A DNA stretch of 64,000 nucleotides from Candidatus Krumholzibacteriota bacterium (lineage in GTDB: Bacteria > Krumholzibacteriota > Krumholzibacteriia > JAJRXK01), in contig CAVSGG010000008.1 in the NCBI GenBank assembly GCA_963727455.1, positions 160,001-224,000 on the forward strand. The letters run 5' to 3'. The first letter of the stretch is position 1. Each line of letters starts with the position of its first letter. Both the position numbers and the translations under genes were made by a program. The notes under the pieces were generated by a model. It had not been told where the DNA came from. It worked only from the letters and a program-made list of their open reading frames with translations, and ran no database searches. Below, piece by piece: positions 60,144 through 64,000 of this stretch.

Positions 60144-61238
60144 ATGTCCATCCTGTCGACAATTTTCGGCTTTAGTCTCGCGTGCCTGGTTTGTCTCGCT
60201 CTCACTCCTCTGGTCGCTCGCCTGGCAATCTCGGATGGACTTCGCAGCTCGACACCGCGCCGTTCCGGCTTGGCACCCGAGGTGCGGCCCCGGATCGGTG
60301 GGCTCGCGATCTATGGGGCGGTAGTACTCACCCTCCTCCTCTCGGCCTTCGCGTTCCCCGCGCTACAGAACCCCGCTGCAACGCGCTTCTTGAGCGGAGT
60401 CATCCTCTCCGGTGGACTGGTCGTCATCTTAGGACTGATCGACGATTTGCAGGAGAGCCTTCCCTGGAAGAAGTTGATCACTCAGGCGCTGGCCGTGCTG
60501 GTGCTGCAGTTCTACATGGACGTTCTGGGTTTCGCGATGGCCATGGGTCCCTGGTTGCACTTGGTGGTCTCACTGGTGCTTTTGCTCTGGATGCTGGGCC
60601 TGAGCAATGCCATGAACCTCATCGACGGTCTGGATGGACTGGCAGCTTCCATCGCGGCGCTGATCGGCTTGGGCATGTCCGTCGTGGCGCTCGCCCTTCA
60701 TCTGCCTTTGGCCGCATTGACCGCGGCCGTAATCTCAGGGGCGAGCTTCGCCTTTTTGCGCAAGAATGCACCGCCCGCGTCCATCATCATGGGCGATACT
60801 GGCTCGATGTTCACCGGATTCGCGCTTGCCGCGGTAGGAGTCGCGATCTTCGGAGCCCGTCCTTCCGCGCGGACTCTCCTGGGCCTACTTCTCATCTCCT
60901 GGGTTCCTGCATTGGACACCTTCTACGCGGTTCTGCGGCGCTGGGCGCGCAGGAGCAGCATCTTCCATGGCGATCTCGGACATCTGCACCACCGCCTGCT
61001 CGATGCCGGCTTTTCGCAGAAAAGCGCAGGGCTCGGTCTGAGCGCACTCACACTCTTGGGAGCAGTCACTGGAGCGGCGGTAATCCTGGGCCGCCACGCT
61101 CTTCTCTTTACAACTGCCCTCCTGCTTGCCACCTTCTTGCTGGTGTGGATCGTACTGCCGCACCTTTTCTCGCGCTTGGATGAGTCGAGCGCGAAGAGCC
61201 GGCGTGTCGACGCCGTTTCGCATGACAAAGCCGCCTGA
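60144..61238 (+). CDS. WecA/TagO-like polyprenyl-phosphate sugar-1-phosphate transferase (MraY family)
   Basis: PRIGGLAI, GLIDD, NAMNLIDGLDGL, MGDTGS, DLGHLHHRL. Confidence 0.92.
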   Translation: MSILSTIFGFSLACLVCLALTPLVARLAISDGLRSSTPRRSGLAPEVRPRIGGLAIYGAVVLTLLLSAFAFPALQNPAATRFLSGVILSGGLVVILGLIDDLQESLPWKKLITQALAVLVLQFYMDVLGFAMAMGPWLHLVVSLVLLLWMLGLSNAMNLIDGLDGLAASIAALIGLGMSVVALALHLPLAALTAAVISGASFAFLRKNAPPASIIMGDTGSMFTGFALAAVGVAIFGARPSARTLLGLLLISWVPALDTFYAVLRRWARRSSIFHGDLGHLHHRLLDAGFSQKSAGLGLSALTLLGAVTGAAVILGRHALLFTTALLLATFLLVWIVLPHLFSRLDESSAKSRRVDAVSHDKAA

Positions 61239-61241
61239 TCC

Positions 61242-62324
61242 ATGGTTCAGCCACTCACCATTGGGACGAGAGAGGATGGTCTCGCGAGAGCTCAGGCTGA
61301 GCTTTTCATGGAGCAGTTGCGGGAGTATGAACCCCCCTATCCAGTTCATCTGGAACTAGTCCGTCCTTCACAGGACCGGCCAATCGCGGTCCACGTCGAT
61401 CACATCGCGGAGAACCGCCGCAACATCCAGCTTCTTCATCACATTCTGCGCGAAGGTGATTGCGACGTCGTCATCCATCGTGGCTTCGATTTACGGGACA
61501 AGTTGCCCCCCGATCTCGCCATTGCCGCGATTCCAAAGCGGTGTTCACCCTACGATGCGCTTCTCTCACCTTCGGGGCTCACTCTCGACGAGCTGGAACC
61601 AGGAACTCCCGTAGGGGTAGTCCAACTCCGTGCGCGGGTACAGATGCTCCAGTACCGCCACGATCTCGACTGGACTCTCATGTCGGGAGACGTCGCCACC
61701 TGGCTGGCTGATCTACTGGATCAGAAAATCGAAGCGCTCGTCATGCCCAACGCGGCCATCGAGCAGTTGGGACTGCAGGAGCGTGTGAGTGAAATATTTC
61801 CCGCCGACCTGGTGATTCCCGCCCCGTGCTCGGGTATCCTCGTCTGCATTACCCGCCGCGATGACGAACTGGCACGGGGGCGCCTCTCTTGCATCCACCA
61901 CAAGGAGACCGCGCGTGAGTACGCGGCAGAACGCTCCATGATGGACGCACTGGACTGCGAGTGGGATTCTCCGGTGGCCGCACTCGCGCAGTGCAAGGGA
62001 CGCAGGCTTCTACTTCTGGGTATGGTCGCCGATACCGACGGCTACCGACTGATCAGGGAAGGAGTGGAAGGCAAGTCCTCCGAGTCGATCGAGGTGGGCG
62101 AGGCTGTCGCGGAGCTTTTATCACGCGGTCTCAGGCAGTCCGCGGAGGAATGGGACAGCGAAGAGTTCTCCGAGTCGCAAGTGGAGACGGATGAAGTCGC
62201 GGACGAACTAACTGCGCTCTTACTGGCGACCAACTTGAACGACCTCGAGGACGACTACCCCGAGAGCGACGAAGAGAAAGAGAAAGATCCAGACGATTTT
62301 GAAGAGGAGGAGTTTCTCGAATGA
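61242..62324 (+). CDS. Porphobilinogen deaminase (HemC)-like protein, catalytically degenerate, acidic C-terminal tail
   Basis: HemC scaffold IGTR..LARAQA, LAIAAIPKR..PYDAL, LDELEPG..VG, IPAPCSG, AERSMM, SPVAALA; key motifs altered. Confidence 0.8.
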   Translation: MVQPLTIGTREDGLARAQAELFMEQLREYEPPYPVHLELVRPSQDRPIAVHVDHIAENRRNIQLLHHILREGDCDVVIHRGFDLRDKLPPDLAIAAIPKRCSPYDALLSPSGLTLDELEPGTPVGVVQLRARVQMLQYRHDLDWTLMSGDVATWLADLLDQKIEALVMPNAAIEQLGLQERVSEIFPADLVIPAPCSGILVCITRRDDELARGRLSCIHHKETAREYAAERSMMDALDCEWDSPVAALAQCKGRRLLLLGMVADTDGYRLIREGVEGKSSESIEVGEAVAELLSRGLRQSAEEWDSEEFSESQVETDEVADELTALLLATNLNDLEDDYPESDEEKEKDPDDFEEEEFLE

Positions 62325-63313
62325 CTAAGCCCCTGCCCACCCTCTTGCTAACCGCCCTTCCAGCCTCGGGCAAGTCCGAGGTCCGGCGCTACCTCGAACA
62401 TCTCAGTCCCGAGGAGGTCACGCGCGATTTCCATCTGGGCGAGACGGTCCAGCTGGATGACTACCCCTATGTCCATGCCATGCGTCGCATCTCGGAAGAG
62501 TTGGTATCGCGGGGACGCGACGGGATCTTCTTCACCTCACAGCTCGAGCCCTTCAAGGAACCGCTGGACTGGGGAACTCTGATGCACCTGCTCAACGAGG
62601 ACTATCGCGACCTCCACGAGCCGCCGAAGATCGAAGTCGATTCCGCGGCGAACTGGCTCTTCGACCGTCTCGATCGCTGTCGCTCCGCCGTGGGCGCACC
62701 GGCCGAACTGGGGGCTCTGGAGCCCGGCTTGCGCAAAGAGCTGAGCGAGGCACTCGAAGACGAAGCACGCTCCCTTCTGAACGACAAGCTGGCCGGTATC
62801 CCCGAGGATCTTAGGGGCAAGACGATCGTCATCGAGTTTGCCCGTGGAGGCGCCGATGGCTCCTCGATGCCTCTTCCCGCTCCCTTCGGCTATGCTTTTG
62901 GATTCGCCCAGTTAAGCGACGAAATTCTGAAGGACGCCAGCGTCCTCTACATTTGGGTTTCGCCCGAGGAGAGCAGACGCAAGAACGAGGAGCGCGCCAA
63001 GCCGGGTCGCAGCGGTGATGCGTCGATTCTCAACCACGGCGTGCCCATCAAAGTCATGCTAGGCGATTACGGCTGTGACGACATCGAGTGGTTGCTTGAG
63101 CAGAGCGACCGCCGCGACACCGTCCGCATCGAGACCCGCGGCAGGGTCTTCCATCTTCCTCTGGCCCGTTTCGACAACCGCGAGGACCTTACAACTTTCG
63201 TCCGAAAGGACCCCCAGCAGTGGACGAAGGAGGAAGTGAGTGCGCTTCACTCGGGTCTGAAGGACGCATTCGAACATCTTCTACGGGCGCGCCGGGAGTC
63301 GCCCGAGGCCTAG
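62321..63313 (+). CDS. Hypothetical P-loop (nucleoside monophosphate kinase-like) protein
   Basis: N-terminal LLLTALPASGKSE Walker A-like motif; IVIEFARG; LYIWVSPEESRRKN; ATGA overlap with the HemC-like gene. Confidence 0.7.
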   Translation: MTKPLPTLLLTALPASGKSEVRRYLEHLSPEEVTRDFHLGETVQLDDYPYVHAMRRISEELVSRGRDGIFFTSQLEPFKEPLDWGTLMHLLNEDYRDLHEPPKIEVDSAANWLFDRLDRCRSAVGAPAELGALEPGLRKELSEALEDEARSLLNDKLAGIPEDLRGKTIVIEFARGGADGSSMPLPAPFGYAFGFAQLSDEILKDASVLYIWVSPEESRRKNEERAKPGRSGDASILNHGVPIKVMLGDYGCDDIEWLLEQSDRRDTVRIETRGRVFHLPLARFDNREDLTTFVRKDPQQWTKEEVSALHSGLKDAFEHLLRARRESPEA

Positions 63314-63810
63314 GGAGTCGAGGAGCCCTCGCAGCGGCCGGGCTGCCGGCCGCTGAGCTTCCACTCCCCCTGCACCTTCCGGTACAACTCCACCCAGGGC
63401 TCGAAGCTGTCGATCGCGGTCTCCACTCCGTTCTCGTCCTTCTTTGTCCCTACGAGGTGTATGCGCGTGATCAACCAGGCGAGAGATCCGTCGTTGGCGA
63501 CCTCCACCACGGGATCTGAGGTATCCTCGTAGCGCTGAATGGCGAGGGACCCCAACCAAAGGGAACGCTGAGCGCGACGCTCTGAAACACTGGATTCACG
63601 GATTTTTCCCTCGCTGCACTCCACGAAGTCCTCCGTCTCCAGCGCCAACCAAGCATCGAGATCGCCCTGGCGCACCGCCCGTAGTAGTTCCTGGTGACGT
63701 TGGAGCAGCTCTTGCTTTTCCAGCTCTATGGGCCGTCCCGGAGAGAGCCCGCGTATCAGTACGAAGAGAGCGGCGGGAATTAGCAGCAACCAAGGCCAAT
63801 GGCGTGACAA
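63310..63810 (-). CDS. NTF2/SnoaL-like (DUF4440-like) protein with N-terminal membrane anchor
   Basis: AVRQGDLDAW...EDFV, DGSLAW, YRKVQGEWK. Confidence 0.7.
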   Translation of the reverse strand: MSRHWPWLLLIPAALFVLIRGLSPGRPIELEKQELLQRHQELLRAVRQGDLDAWLALETEDFVECSEGKIRESSVSERRAQRSLWLGSLAIQRYEDTSDPVVEVANDGSLAWLITRIHLVGTKKDENGVETAIDSFEPWVELYRKVQGEWKLSGRQPGRCEGSSTP

Positions 63811-63824
63811 AGCGAACCTCCGGT

Positions 63825-64000
63825 CTAATGCAATGACTCAGAACGCAGCTCTGCGGGGCTTCTTGCCCCTCTGGACGCCAGAGCCGCCGCCAGTTCATGA
63901 AGAAGAGTATGTGCCAGATCCGGCCGTGGAAAGAGCGCGGTCCCCAGCTGGACTGCGCAGGCGCCGACCACGAAGAATTCCAGGATATCCTCGATACTCG
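63825..64000 (-). CDS. pyrD: Dihydroorotate dehydrogenase family 1, 3' end only (runs off the window)
   Basis: Manual translation SIEDILEFFVVGACAVQLGTALFPRP...SLH* matches the PyrD C-terminal pattern EDALEF..AGA.AVQVGTA. Confidence 0.75.
   Translation of the reverse strand, partial: SIEDILEFFVVGACAVQLGTALFPRPDLAHTLLHELAAALASRGARSPAELRSESLH

Overview
A 64 kb high-GC bacterial chromosomal segment, almost fully coding and mostly housekeeping. I saw no rRNA, tRNA, CRISPR array, transposase or prophage. In order: HEAT-repeat protein; rfbB/rfbA; BtpA; tdk; NSS transporter; queD; a long minus-strand run (MoxR-DUF58-BatA-E, TPR membrane protein, uvrA, HDAC-family deacetylase, a 53-aa membrane protein missing from the ORF track); DUF507 pair and GT4; PD40 and TPR proteins; HNH; cN-II 5'-nucleotidase; GT2-TPR; TusA and a ThiI/MnmA-like thiolase; TrmH; add; glcDEF; cstA; ECF sigma and anti-sigma; DUF72; POT transporter; fba; kbl-like; lipA-lipB with a 2-oxoacid dehydrogenase operon; PqqD; nucleotidyltransferase; CaCA antiporter; a sugar/flippase/WecA cluster; a HemC-like protein; a P-loop protein; an NTF2-like protein; the 3' end of pyrD. 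About 48.5-56.6 kb carries many single-base frameshifts that look like read errors. Most interesting signals: (1) a 46-aa peptide with lasso-type leader spacing (YxxPxVxxxSxxxxxTx), plus a stand-alone PqqD/RRE and a nucleotidyltransferase next to glycan genes, with no lasso cyclase or peptidase in the window; (2) an intact HemC homologue that has lost most substrate/cofactor residues and gained an acidic tail; (3) a ~120-nt structured RNA candidate with its own promoter upstream of add. All family calls come from motif recognition by eye; no database search was run.
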